Shown: positions 8,007 through 16,583 of the stretch, in pieces
Layout: each line of letters starts with the position of its first letter
Position numbering within the stretch: the stretch's first letter is position 1
Made by a program: the position numbers and the translations under genes
NCBI GenBank assembly: GCA_963847705.1
Contig: CAWKBC010000016.1
Span: 1-42,139 of the forward strand
DNA length: 42,139 nt
Source of the DNA: an uncultured Pseudomonadota bacterium
GTDB lineage: Bacteria > Myxococcota_A > Polyangia > Fen-1088
Reading direction: 5' to 3'
The notes under the pieces: model-generated
What the model saw: only the letters and a program-made list of their open reading frames with translations
Database searches by the model: none
What the model was told of the DNA's origin: nothing

Positions 8007-8996
8007 CTAGCCATATGAATCATCGACCGCCCGCTTGAGCCGATCGAACGCGAACCGGAAGGCGAGATCGCGGGTCTCGCGTGGGGTTTCGACGCTAGCG
8101 GTGAGCCAACCGTCCCATGGAAAGACATGGCCGACAGGACCGGCTCGTGAGCTGCTTGCACCACTCTGCGGATGCTCCAAGAGGAGGTTGGCCCGGGGAT
8201 CAGCGACCCGCTGAGGACGCGCTAGGACCACCCAGTAGTAGAACAAACCGAAAAGGACGACGACGGCACCGAACAAGTCTTGTTGGGTCGTGGTAATCAC
8301 CGCGTGGGGGCCCGGCCCGAATCTAAACAGACCTTGCTCTTCGTGCGCTCCAGGCGATGCGATCACCCCGCACACCGGGACGGATTCGCTGCCTCCCAGA
8401 ATGAATCGCCGAACGCTCTCGAACTGCGCACCACGCATCGCCTCACCAGAACGAAGCATCGCAGCCCGCTCGAAGGCAATTTTCGCGGCAAGGCGACGAA
8501 GAACCAGCTTGTCGAGCTCGTCGTCGAGAACAACGAACGGACCCGCCACCGGATCGGGGGAACGTTCCTCCCAGCGGATCTGTTGCCCCTTGCCGATCCG
8601 ATTCTGCGCTCTCGTCACTGCCGCATCGGGACCCATGACCCTATAAACTCGCTTCCCGTCCGCTCCCACGTCTGTCTTGATGATCGCCGATCGGAGTTCA
8701 CCGTCCTCGCCGATCGCGACCGACTCGACTCGACCGTCCGCGAACTGCACCTGTCCCGGAACAGGCGGAACTCTCCCTTTCTCGGCGATGCCCCAGACAC
8801 TCCGGCAGAAGGCGAAGAATGGGAGTGCCGGGTTTTCCACTTCGGAGTTGGTGGCATGGTTGCAGCGGGCACATACCGTGCGGCGGGACTGTGCGATTCC
8901 TCCGAGCGCCTGCGGAATCACATGAGCAGCCGGCGCCGCCCCGAATACCTCGCCATCGTAGGCGCACGTGAACGTCGCTGGTCTGACTGTGGACAT
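8007..8996 (-). CDS. HNH endonuclease (HNH_5-like N-terminus) with uncharacterised C-terminal region
   Basis: CAYD...HVIPQALGG...VCARCNH, and later RLAAKIAFE. Confidence 0.8.
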   Translation of the reverse strand: MSTVRPATFTCAYDGEVFGAAPAAHVIPQALGGIAQSRRTVCARCNHATNSEVENPALPFFAFCRSVWGIAEKGRVPPVPGQVQFADGRVESVAIGEDGELRSAIIKTDVGADGKRVYRVMGPDAAVTRAQNRIGKGQQIRWEERSPDPVAGPFVVLDDELDKLVLRRLAAKIAFERAAMLRSGEAMRGAQFESVRRFILGGSESVPVCGVIASPGAHEEQGLFRFGPGPHAVITTTQQDLFGAVVVLFGLFYYWVVLARPQRVADPRANLLLEHPQSGASSSRAGPVGHVFPWDGWLTASVETPRETRDLAFRFAFDRLKRAVDDSYG

Positions 8997-9084
8997 CCGT
9001 CGCTCTGACAGTCAGTAGTACGCGGATACTGAGGAGTCGGAATAACCGAGGGTGGCGCCCCGGACAACCATCGATCGTACAGAA

Positions 9085-9150
9085 AACTCGTCCCGGAACT
9101 CGTCCCTGAGCGGTTTTACCGAAGGGGGGGTCTCGTCTAAGTCGTTGAAA
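9085..9150. promoter_or_regulatory. att-site accessory motifs: two direct repeats (arm-type-like) and an IHF-like site
   Basis: AACTCGTCCC at 9085-9094 and 9097-9106. The minus-strand TTTCAACGACTTA (9138-9150) matches WATCAANNNNTTR with one mismatch. Confidence 0.55.
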
Positions 9151-9157
9151 TTTTGGG

Positions 9158-9229
9158 TGGGCGTTGTAGGGATTGAACCTACGGCTTCCACCGTGTGAAG
9201 GTGGCACTCTTCCGCTGAGTTAAACGCCC
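9158..9229 (-). tRNA. tRNA-Val (anticodon CAC)
   Basis: GGGCGTT/AACGCCC acceptor stem, ACTC/GAGT D-stem, CCACC-TTCACAC-GGTGG anticodon arm, GTAGG-TTCAATC-CCTAC T-arm. Discriminator A is followed by CCCA. Confidence 0.96.
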
Positions 9230-9273
9230 GAGCGATCTTTGATAGCGCGGCGGCGAAACAGCGTCAACCGCCG

Positions 9274-10884
9274 TCAGCGGCGACGCCCACCACCGCCGCC
9301 GCCGAAGTGGCCGCCGCCCGATGGGCTGAAGTGGCCGCCACCGCCCGACGACGAGCCGAAGTGGCTGAAACCGCCGCCGGAAGGAGGCGCGGAGGGGGGC
9401 GCAAACGACCGGGGAGCTTGGCTGTAAGACGGCGCCGGCGCACGGTAGGCGGGCGCCGGCGCGCGGTATGCCGGCATCGGCGCGGGGGCGCGGTACGCGT
9501 TCACCGGCGCGCGGTACCCGTTCTGTGCGCCGTAAGCGCTCGGTGCACCGTATGCGTTCGGTGCACCGTAGGAGGGGCGCGTCGCCGGCGCAGACCATCC
9601 GCTGTTGTAGGGGTGGCCGTAGCCGCCGCCGCTCCCGTAGGCCGGGGCTGGCCGCTGCGACCAGACGGCCGTCGGCGCGCGGACCTCCGCACGCGCGGCC
9701 GGGCTCGCGGCGTAGGCGGGGGCGCGACCGAGGGTGCGCGGCTGTGCCGCCGGAGTGCCTCCGCGCCAGCCCTGGGTCATTGCGTCCCCGCGCGCCTCTG
9801 GCGTCCGCGTCCAGGGGCGCGCGCTGAGAGACAGGCCGGGGTGCGGGTAGACGGCGACGCGCGGCAAGGCGCTCGGCGCGACCCTCGACAGCGAAACCGG
9901 GCGGGCGATGATGCCGCGGGTCGGGCCCGCGTTGGTGTGGACCGACCAGCTCCCGCGCGTGAGCAACCGGTCGTTCGACACGACGGTCGTCCGCGCGAAC
10001 ATCCCCGGCAGATAGCGGGCCGAGACGAAGGTCGGGCGCGCGGCGCCGAGGCTGGCCGCCGGGGCGAACCGCCACGGCGATCCGGCGCCGTACCCGGCGG
10101 CGAGGCGTACGCCGCGGGGCGGGAGTGGCGACCATCCGACGTAGCCGCCGCCGGAGCGCCAGGAGACCCAGGCCGGACCCCACATGGATCCGGGAACCCA
10201 GCTCCAGCGGCCGGCGCGGGTGATCCAGCGGCCGTAGTGGAAGGGCGCCCAACCCCAGCTCCAGTCCGAGACCCAGGTCCAACCGTACTCCGTCAGGGCC
10301 CAGTTGCCGCCCGTGGCGTAGGGAGAGAAGGCGGCACCGACGATCGACGCGCTCGGCGACCAGACGTAGCCATACGAGCTGTCGTAGTCCCACCCGCCGA
10401 ACGGGGCGAGCGCTGACTCGAACTGGGTGTACGCCTGGGCGTCGTAGCCGTCGTCGTAACTCTGCGCGATCTCGTTGTCCGGACCGAGGTCAACGGGCGG
10501 ATAGTCGGCGGCGTTCTGCGCATTCGGGTAGCCCTGCGCTTCCGGGTAGCCCTGCGCGGTCGGGTAGCCCTGCGCTTCCGGGTACCCCTGCGCAGTCGGG
10601 TAGCCCTGCGCGGTCGGCGAGTTCGGCGAATTCGGCGAATTCGGCGAATTCGGATCGTCCCCTTGCTGGGGATCGACGCCCGGCTGCACGTAAACGTCGT
10701 CGGCCGGCAGCGGCACCCCGTCGCCCTGCGGGGCGGGAACCTGCTGGACCTGCGGCTGTTGAAGCTGGGGTGGGACGGGCGGCGCGTAGGGCGCTGGCAT
10801 CTGCTGCTGCGCGCCGGCAGGAAGGCCGAGAAGAACCGATGCGCCGACCAACGAGACGACAATCAGGGACTTCATGGTCTCCAC
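9274..10884 (-). CDS. Secreted Pro/Gly-rich DUF6600-family protein
   Basis: Signal peptide; LAPFGGW...YGYVWSP...WGWAPFHYGRW...WSWVPG..WGPAWVSWR...YVGWSPLPP; Gly-rich tail. The start may be 10875. Confidence 0.85.
   Translation of the reverse strand: METMKSLIVVSLVGASVLLGLPAGAQQQMPAPYAPPVPPQLQQPQVQQVPAPQGDGVPLPADDVYVQPGVDPQQGDDPNSPNSPNSPNSPTAQGYPTAQGYPEAQGYPTAQGYPEAQGYPNAQNAADYPPVDLGPDNEIAQSYDDGYDAQAYTQFESALAPFGGWDYDSSYGYVWSPSASIVGAAFSPYATGGNWALTEYGWTWVSDWSWGWAPFHYGRWITRAGRWSWVPGSMWGPAWVSWRSGGGYVGWSPLPPRGVRLAAGYGAGSPWRFAPAASLGAARPTFVSARYLPGMFARTTVVSNDRLLTRGSWSVHTNAGPTRGIIARPVSLSRVAPSALPRVAVYPHPGLSLSARPWTRTPEARGDAMTQGWRGGTPAAQPRTLGRAPAYAASPAARAEVRAPTAVWSQRPAPAYGSGGGYGHPYNSGWSAPATRPSYGAPNAYGAPSAYGAQNGYRAPVNAYRAPAPMPAYRAPAPAYRAPAPSYSQAPRSFAPPSAPPSGGGFSHFGSSSGGGGHFSPSGGGHFGGGGGGRRR
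10525..10653. repeat. Coding tandem repeats: 5 x 18 bp (AQGYP[T/E]) and about 4 x 9 bp (PNS)
   Basis: cgggtagccctgcgc recurs at 10525, 10543, 10561, 10579 and 10597; cggcgaatt units at 10615-10653. Confidence 0.9.
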
Positions 10885-11148
10885 TCATTTCTAGCGCATC
10901 CGGACGCCGGTGCCATTCGTTCCGTCCGCAGCTGCGCTGGTCTGTTTGTGGCCTAGTGCTTGTGCATCTTTCGCGCCGACGCCAGCGACGGCGGGTTACT
11001 GGCGAGATCCGGCACCGGCCGCGCAGTTACGGCCGAGGTGGTGGCCCGGCGTGCGAAAAAACGCCGCGCGCCTGTGTGCGCCCCAGACCATTGCGCCCCG
11101 CTCCCGCCCATCCACCCCGCCCTGGCGCGCTGTGCAATGATTGGGTGG

Positions 11149-12003
11149 ATGGAGGGATTTGCCGCTCTCGGTCAGGGGCTCGGCCTGCGCCCCCCCTTCT
11201 ACGAAGCCGCCGCCGACGGCGGCGCGTCCGGCGCAGCGGTGGCAGCCGTGGACTGGTGGGAAGTGATCAGCGAGAACTTCATGGGCGAGGGGGGTAACCC
11301 GCGCCGGGTGTTGCGGGCGGCGCGCGCCCATCGCCCGATCGTGCTCCACGGCGTGTCGATGTCGCTCGGGTCGACCGATCCGCTCGACGACCGCTATCTC
11401 GATCGGTTGGCGGCGCTGGCGGCGGAGATCGAGCCCGCCTGGATCTCTGACCACCTCTGCTGGTCGAGCTTCGGCGGTCACCGCGGGCACGATCTGTGGC
11501 CGCTGCCATTCACCGAGGAGGCGCTGGCCCACGTCGTGGCGCGCATCACCCAGGTGCAGGAGCGGCTCGGGCGACGCATCCTGGTCGAGAACGTCTCCAG
11601 CTACCTCACCTACCGGCACTCGACGATGAGCGAACCGGAGTTTCTGACGGCGCTCGCCGAGCGCGCCGACTGCGGCCTGCTGCTGGACATCAACAACGTG
11701 TTCGTCAGCGCGCACAACCACGAGTTCGACGCGACCGCCTTTCTCGACGCCATCCCGCGCGGGCGCGTCGGGCAGTTTCACCTCGCCGGCCACGAGACGT
11801 TGCCGACGCACCTGCGCGACACGCACGATCACCCGGTGTGCGACGGCGTGTGGGAGCTGTATCGGCAGGCGGTCGCGCGGTTCGGACCCGTCGCCACCCT
11901 GCTCGAGCGCGACGACAACATTCCGCCCCTCGACGAGCTCTGCGCGGAGGTCCGGCGCGCCCGGGAGATCGCGCGCGCGGCACGCGGGGAGACCGGCGCG
12001 TGA
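11149..12003 (+). CDS. DUF692-family multinuclear non-heme iron oxidative enzyme (MNIO)
   Basis: GLGLR, EVISENF, HGVSMSLG, SDHLCW, LVENVSSY, LLDINNV, FHLAGH, DTHDHPV, LLERDDN. Start is 11149 or 11137. Confidence 0.93.
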   Translation: MEGFAALGQGLGLRPPFYEAAADGGASGAAVAAVDWWEVISENFMGEGGNPRRVLRAARAHRPIVLHGVSMSLGSTDPLDDRYLDRLAALAAEIEPAWISDHLCWSSFGGHRGHDLWPLPFTEEALAHVVARITQVQERLGRRILVENVSSYLTYRHSTMSEPEFLTALAERADCGLLLDINNVFVSAHNHEFDATAFLDAIPRGRVGQFHLAGHETLPTHLRDTHDHPVCDGVWELYRQAVARFGPVATLLERDDNIPPLDELCAEVRRAREIARAARGETGA

Positions 12004-12812
12004 AGCTCGCCGAGGTCGAGGCGCGGTTCTACGCGCTCGTCACGGCGCGCGACAGCGTGGCGGCGACGGTGGCCGCGCGCGGGCCGGCGATGCGGCGCGC
12101 CGTCGAGGAGATGGTGGCCGGCGACGCGCGGCTGCCGGCGCTCGCGCGTCTCGAGATCTACGCCGACATGTACTTCGCCCGTATCCATGACGTCCTCGGC
12201 GACGAATACGCGAAGACGGCGGCGGCGCTGGGCGCGGCGGCCTTTCATGGGCTCGTCCTCGACTACCTCGACGCCTGCCGGCCAGACCACCCGTCGATGC
12301 GTGAGGTGGGGGCGCGCCTGCCGGCGTTTCTCGCCGCCCACCCGGCGACCGCGCACCGGCCCTGGCTGGCCGAGCTGGCGCGCCTCGAGCGGGCGCGGAT
12401 GGAGATGGTCGACGGCGCCGATGCCGAGACGCTCACGCTGGAGGTCCTCAGGACGTTCCCGCCCGAGCGGTTCGCCGGGCTTCGCCTGCGGCTCGTCCCC
12501 AGCCACCTGCTCTTCGCGACCCGGTTCGACGTCGTCCCGCTCTGGCGGTCAGAAGATCCGGGGGCCGCGGTCCCGGCGCCGGCGCCGATGGCTCTGCTCG
12601 TCTGGCGGCGCGCGCTCGACGTGCTCCACCGCGCGGTCGAGGGCGAGGAGGCCGACTGGCTGCGCCGGCTGGAAGCTGGCCAGGTCACCTTCGAGGAGCT
12701 GTGCGCGGGGCTGGGGCGGGGGCGCACCGATGAAGCGGCCGCCGCGCGCGCGTTCGAGCTGGTCGGACGCTGGGCCAGCGACGGCCTGCTGCGCGCCGAC
12801 TCCCCCGCCTGA
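12000..12812 (+). CDS. DUF2063-family MNIO partner protein
   Basis: GTGA overlap with the DUF692 stop; RLEIYADMYFARI, WLAELARLERA, LLVWRR. Confidence 0.88.
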   Translation: MKLAEVEARFYALVTARDSVAATVAARGPAMRRAVEEMVAGDARLPALARLEIYADMYFARIHDVLGDEYAKTAAALGAAAFHGLVLDYLDACRPDHPSMREVGARLPAFLAAHPATAHRPWLAELARLERARMEMVDGADAETLTLEVLRTFPPERFAGLRLRLVPSHLLFATRFDVVPLWRSEDPGAAVPAPAPMALLVWRRALDVLHRAVEGEEADWLRRLEAGQVTFEELCAGLGRGRTDEAAAARAFELVGRWASDGLLRADSPA

Positions 12813-12848
12813 AGCGACGGCCTGCGGCGCGCCGACTCCCCCGCCTGA
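12777..12848. repeat. 36-bp tandem duplication of the DUF2063 gene 3' end including its stop codon
   Basis: agcgacggcctgc(t/g)gcgcgccgactcccccgcctga twice, one mismatch. Confidence 0.9.
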
Positions 12849-12878
12849 ACGCTGCCGGAGCTCGCGCTCCGGCAAAGC

Positions 12879-13727
12879 TCAGTTGGCGACGAGGCTCACG
12901 CTGGCGATGCAGATGTTCTGACCGGCCATCACGAAGAAGGCGACGCCGGTGTTGTCGTCGTTCCCCATCGTCAGGGTGAAGGTGTGGGTGAACGTCTGGA
13001 GACTCCCGGTGAGCTGGTCGTCGGGGTTCGTCTCGTAGTCATCGGGCGTGTAGGGGCTGACGGCGTGGGCCACCTTGATGTGGAGGACGGCGCTGTTCGA
13101 GCCCGACGCGCGATAGGAGAGCGTGTAGCTCTGACCGTTCGTCAGCAAGAGCGGGCTCGTCATGTTCTGCCATCCGAAGAGGGCGCTCGCGTTGATGCTG
13201 CTCGTGCAGTACTGGCCATTGTTGACGCTCGCGGTGCCGTTCTCGAAGTGCCAGTTGGTGTCCGCCTGCGAGAAGTCGCCGTTGGCGATCAGGTTGTTGG
13301 CCGGGTTGCCGCCCGTCCCCGAGCTGCCGCCCGTCGCGGACGCACCACCGGTTCCAGCGCCGTTGCCGCCTGTACCAGGCGAGCCGCCGGTCCCGGGGCC
13401 GCCGCCCGTCGCAGAGCTGCCGCCGGTTCCGCCCGTTCCCGGCGTGCCACCGGTTGCCACGGAGCCGCCCGTTCCCGGCGTGCCGCCGGTGCCCGCCGTC
13501 GTCACGCACTCCATGTTGCCCCCGCCGAGGTCGGCGCAGGCCAGCCCTTGATTGCAAGTGGTCCCCGCACAGGGGCAGCCGACCGACCCGACGGGGCAAT
13601 CGCCGGAGCCTCCGCTCCCATTGCTGCCACCGGTGCCGGTCGTGCCGGTGCCGCTCGGATGACTGCAGGAAGCGACCGCCAGACCAGCGCTCGCGAGGCC
13701 GACGAGCAAGACTTTCCAGTAATTCAA
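12879..13727 (-). CDS. Lipoprotein with Cys motif, Gly/Thr-rich linker and C-terminal carbohydrate-binding (CBM4/9-like) domain
   Basis: TTG start after AGGAG; lipobox-like AVASC; NLIANGDFS, GQSYTLSYRA, QTFTHTFT. Confidence 0.8.
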   Translation of the reverse strand: MNYWKVLLVGLASAGLAVASCSHPSGTGTTGTGGSNGSGGSGDCPVGSVGCPCAGTTCNQGLACADLGGGNMECVTTAGTGGTPGTGGSVATGGTPGTGGTGGSSATGGGPGTGGSPGTGGNGAGTGGASATGGSSGTGGNPANNLIANGDFSQADTNWHFENGTASVNNGQYCTSSINASALFGWQNMTSPLLLTNGQSYTLSYRASGSNSAVLHIKVAHAVSPYTPDDYETNPDDQLTGSLQTFTHTFTLTMGNDDNTGVAFFVMAGQNICIASVSLVAN

Positions 13728-13828
13728 AGCGATTCTCCTGGGGGAAGAAAGCGCGCATTTTCGCAGAGAGCCCCGGGCGCTGCAATGGCTGGCGCGCCAG
13801 CCCCCGGCGAGCTCGTCCGGGCGCGGCG

Positions 13829-14926
13829 TCAGACCGCGGGAGCCGGTGCGTTCGCCGTCAAGGTCCGCAGGTCGTAGCGGCGCGACTTCCAGATGGTGCC
13901 ATCGAGGTAGTAGTGGCCCAGCGTGAACCCGGTCCAGAAGGTGAGCGCGATGTCCATGAACGGCCGGTGGACGAAGAACGAAACGCCGAAGGCGAATGTG
14001 TAGACGACCGCGGCGCAGGCGGCGATGAGCCCCATGTAGGCCAAGGCGCGGCCGCGCTGGGCCACCCACGAGACCAATCGCGCCTGCGGATCGACCCCGC
14101 CCCGGTAGCGGCGATCGTTGTAGAGCCAGACGACGGCGATGTACTGGACGGCGTGCCAGAGCGCCGCGGCCCCGAACGCGCTGTTGCCGTCGCGGATCAC
14201 CAGGAAGGGCATGGCGAAGCCGAGAAAATTGAAGGCCAGGTAAGCCGGGCGGATCCACTCGTGGGCCGGGCGTTGCTTGCTGCCCGCGAACCAGACCAGC
14301 AGGTAGACCGCCGCCAGCGCGACGATCAGCGCACCGAACCCGTTCACCAACCAGGCGGTCGGACGGAGGTGAATCACCTCGATGCCGAACAGCGTCCAGG
14401 GGCCGGTGTAGAGGCGATGAAGCGCGCAGAAGAATGCGGGCAGAAAGATGAGCGCCTTTTCGAGCCGCGCTTCGGTCCGCTCGGCGGCGCCGTGCTTGCG
14501 CTGGTAGATGCGCATCACACCCCAGCTCTGCGCCACGAAGTGCCAGGTCGCCCAGTAGAAGATGGTCGAGCGAACCAGGCGCAAGCAGAGCCCGCCGGTC
14601 GCGTCGGCCGTGATGGCGAACGCCATGGCCAGACCTGGGATGACCCAGTAGCGCACGGGGCGCTTGAAGCGCTCGCCCGGCAGCAGATAGACGCGGGTCC
14701 AGGTCGAGATCAGGTGCGGGCCGTTGACGACCCCCACGCCCAGGATCACGTACCAGCCGGGGTAGTGCAGGACGTCGGAGACGATCCAGGGGATGATCGT
14801 CAGCAGCGTCACCCCCACGAACAGCAGCGCATCGACCCCGGGCGCGATCATCCAGGGACGCTCGGCGGGGCGCGCGGGCGCGGAGAACGGCATGGCAGCC
14901 GCCGGGGCCAGCGTCAATTCACTCAC
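13829..14926 (-). CDS. Polytopic membrane protein with His-containing motifs
   Basis: Multiple hydrophobic helices; NGPHLISTW, WHFVAQSWG, WHAVQY, HYYLDGTIW. Start position uncertain. Confidence 0.75.
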   Translation of the reverse strand: MSELTLAPAAAMPFSAPARPAERPWMIAPGVDALLFVGVTLLTIIPWIVSDVLHYPGWYVILGVGVVNGPHLISTWTRVYLLPGERFKRPVRYWVIPGLAMAFAITADATGGLCLRLVRSTIFYWATWHFVAQSWGVMRIYQRKHGAAERTEARLEKALIFLPAFFCALHRLYTGPWTLFGIEVIHLRPTAWLVNGFGALIVALAAVYLLVWFAGSKQRPAHEWIRPAYLAFNFLGFAMPFLVIRDGNSAFGAAALWHAVQYIAVVWLYNDRRYRGGVDPQARLVSWVAQRGRALAYMGLIAACAAVVYTFAFGVSFFVHRPFMDIALTFWTGFTLGHYYLDGTIWKSRRYDLRTLTANAPAPAV

Positions 14927-14986
14927 GGCGGCCCAATATAGCAACCGAGGGGGGGCGAGGAGAGTGGCGAAAATCGCGCCGCGGGA

Positions 14987-15547
14987 TCATTTCCGCAGGG
15001 TGGCGAGCGCCCCGGTCCAGCGCGAGAGCTCGTCCAACATCGGGGTTATCGCCTTGTCCTGCATCTCGCCGGCGACGAACTGCCCCTCCGCGTTCATCAT
15101 GTTCCGAAAGAAGGGGATGGAGACCCCCTCGGGGATCGGCATGATCTTCACCGAGGGCAGCATCTGCTTCGTCATCTGCGCCGAGCGCGTGCCCCCCGAG
15201 ATGCCGCCGTAGCTGACGACCGCCGCCGGTTTGTAGGCCCATTCGACGGAGAGGTAGTCGATGGCATTCAGGAGCGCCGGGGGCATCCCATAGTTGTATT
15301 CGGGCGTCACGAAGACGAAGGCATCCGCCGCCGCGACGATCGCGCTCCAGGCCTTGGTGTGGGCGTTCTTGTATTGACGAAGGCGCGGGTGCTGCGGCTC
15401 GTCGAAGAGCGGCAGGTTGACCGCCTTCAGATCGACCAGCTCCGGCTCGAACTTGCCGTGCGCCTGCGCGCGCTCCATGACCCAGCTGGCGATGGGGGAC
15501 CCCTCGCGCCCCTCCCGGGTGCTCGTAAAGACGATCTGCAACTTCAC
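14987..15547 (-). CDS. NADPH-dependent FMN reductase
   Basis: STREGR, ADAFVFVTPEYNYG, LLNAIDYL..EWAYKP, VSYGGISGG; GTG start after GGAGG. Confidence 0.93.
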   Translation of the reverse strand: MKLQIVFTSTREGREGSPIASWVMERAQAHGKFEPELVDLKAVNLPLFDEPQHPRLRQYKNAHTKAWSAIVAAADAFVFVTPEYNYGMPPALLNAIDYLSVEWAYKPAAVVSYGGISGGTRSAQMTKQMLPSVKIMPIPEGVSIPFFRNMMNAEGQFVAGEMQDKAITPMLDELSRWTGALATLRK

Positions 15548-15629
15548 GATGAACGACCTCCGTTTGTTTGAGTCAGCCGGTTCTAGCACTTGCGCCGGAA
15601 AACCGTCGGCGCCATCCTTCGCGCCGCTG

Positions 15630-16583
15630 ATGCCGGCCGCTGCCGTCGAGACCGTCGACCTCGCCAAGACCTATCCCAAGGTCGAAGCGCTGCGCGGTCT
15701 GTCGCTGCGGATCGAGCCGGGGGAGATCTTCGCGCTGCTCGGGCCGAACGGCGCCGGCAAGACCACCTGGATCTCGATCGTCTGCGGCCTGGTGCGCCCG
15801 ACCGGCGGAACCGCCAGCATCCTAGGACACGACGTGGTGCGCGACGCGCTGGCGGCGCGGCGTCTGGTGGGCCTGGTGCCGCAGGAGGTGAACTTCGATC
15901 CCTTCTTCACCCCGCGCGAGGTGCTGCGCTTTCAGATGGGCTACTACGGCGTGCCGCCCGACGACGCCCGCATCGACGAGGTGCTGGCGGCGCTCGATCT
16001 GTCGGCCAAGGCGGACACCAACACGCGGGCGCTGTCGGGTGGGATGAAGCGGCGGCTGCTGATCGCCAAGGCGCTGGTCCCGCGCCCGCGGGTGGCGTTC
16101 CTCGACGAGCCGACGGCCGGCGTCGACGTGGCGCTGCGGCACGATCTCTGGTCCTACGTGCGGGTTCTGCGCGCGCAAGGGACGACGATCGTGCTCACCA
16201 CGCACTACCTCGAGGAGGCGGAGGCGCTGGCCGATCGCGTGGCCGTCATCGACAAGGGTGCGCTGGTGGGGCTCGACACGCCGGCGGCGCTGGTGCGGCA
16301 GCTGGGGCGCAAGCAGATCCGCTTCCGGCTGGCCACCCCCTGGACCCTCGGCGCCGCGGCGCTGCCCGAGCCGTTGCGCCGGCGTGGCGCCACCCTCGAC
16401 GCGAGCGGCGCGCTGGTGATCTGTCCGGTCGACAACACGCCGATCGGCGAGCTGCTGTTGCTGGCCGGAGCGCTCTCCCCGGCGGTCATCGACGTGGAGA
16501 TCGTTCAGCCGTCGCTGGAGGACGTGTTCCTGCAGCTCACCAAGCGGCCCGACGCCGCCAGCTTCACCCGGCGGTCGTCATGA
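15630..16583 (+). CDS. ABC-2 transporter ATP-binding protein (YadG-like)
   Basis: GPNGAGKTT, LSGGMKRR, FLDEPTAGVD, LTTHYLEE. Confidence 0.95.
   Translation: MPAAAVETVDLAKTYPKVEALRGLSLRIEPGEIFALLGPNGAGKTTWISIVCGLVRPTGGTASILGHDVVRDALAARRLVGLVPQEVNFDPFFTPREVLRFQMGYYGVPPDDARIDEVLAALDLSAKADTNTRALSGGMKRRLLIAKALVPRPRVAFLDEPTAGVDVALRHDLWSYVRVLRAQGTTIVLTTHYLEEAEALADRVAVIDKGALVGLDTPAALVRQLGRKQIRFRLATPWTLGAAALPEPLRRRGATLDASGALVICPVDNTPIGELLLLAGALSPAVIDVEIVQPSLEDVFLQLTKRPDAASFTRRSS

Larger units (their letters stand above)
1..9157. mobile_element. Integrative genomic island at the tRNA-Val 3' end; left end lies outside the window
   Basis: Tyrosine integrase and excisionase-like gene, nuclease-type cargo with visibly lower GC (5858-7734), and att-like motifs directly 3' of the tRNA. 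No second copy of the tRNA 3' end was found by eye. Confidence 0.75.

Noticed and set aside
10910-11140. 76-aa ORF with three Cys whose stop overlaps an alternative DUF692 start, as a possible RiPP precursor
   Set aside because: GTG start without a clear RBS, atypical codon usage, no repeated Cys motif, and it covers the divergent promoter region.
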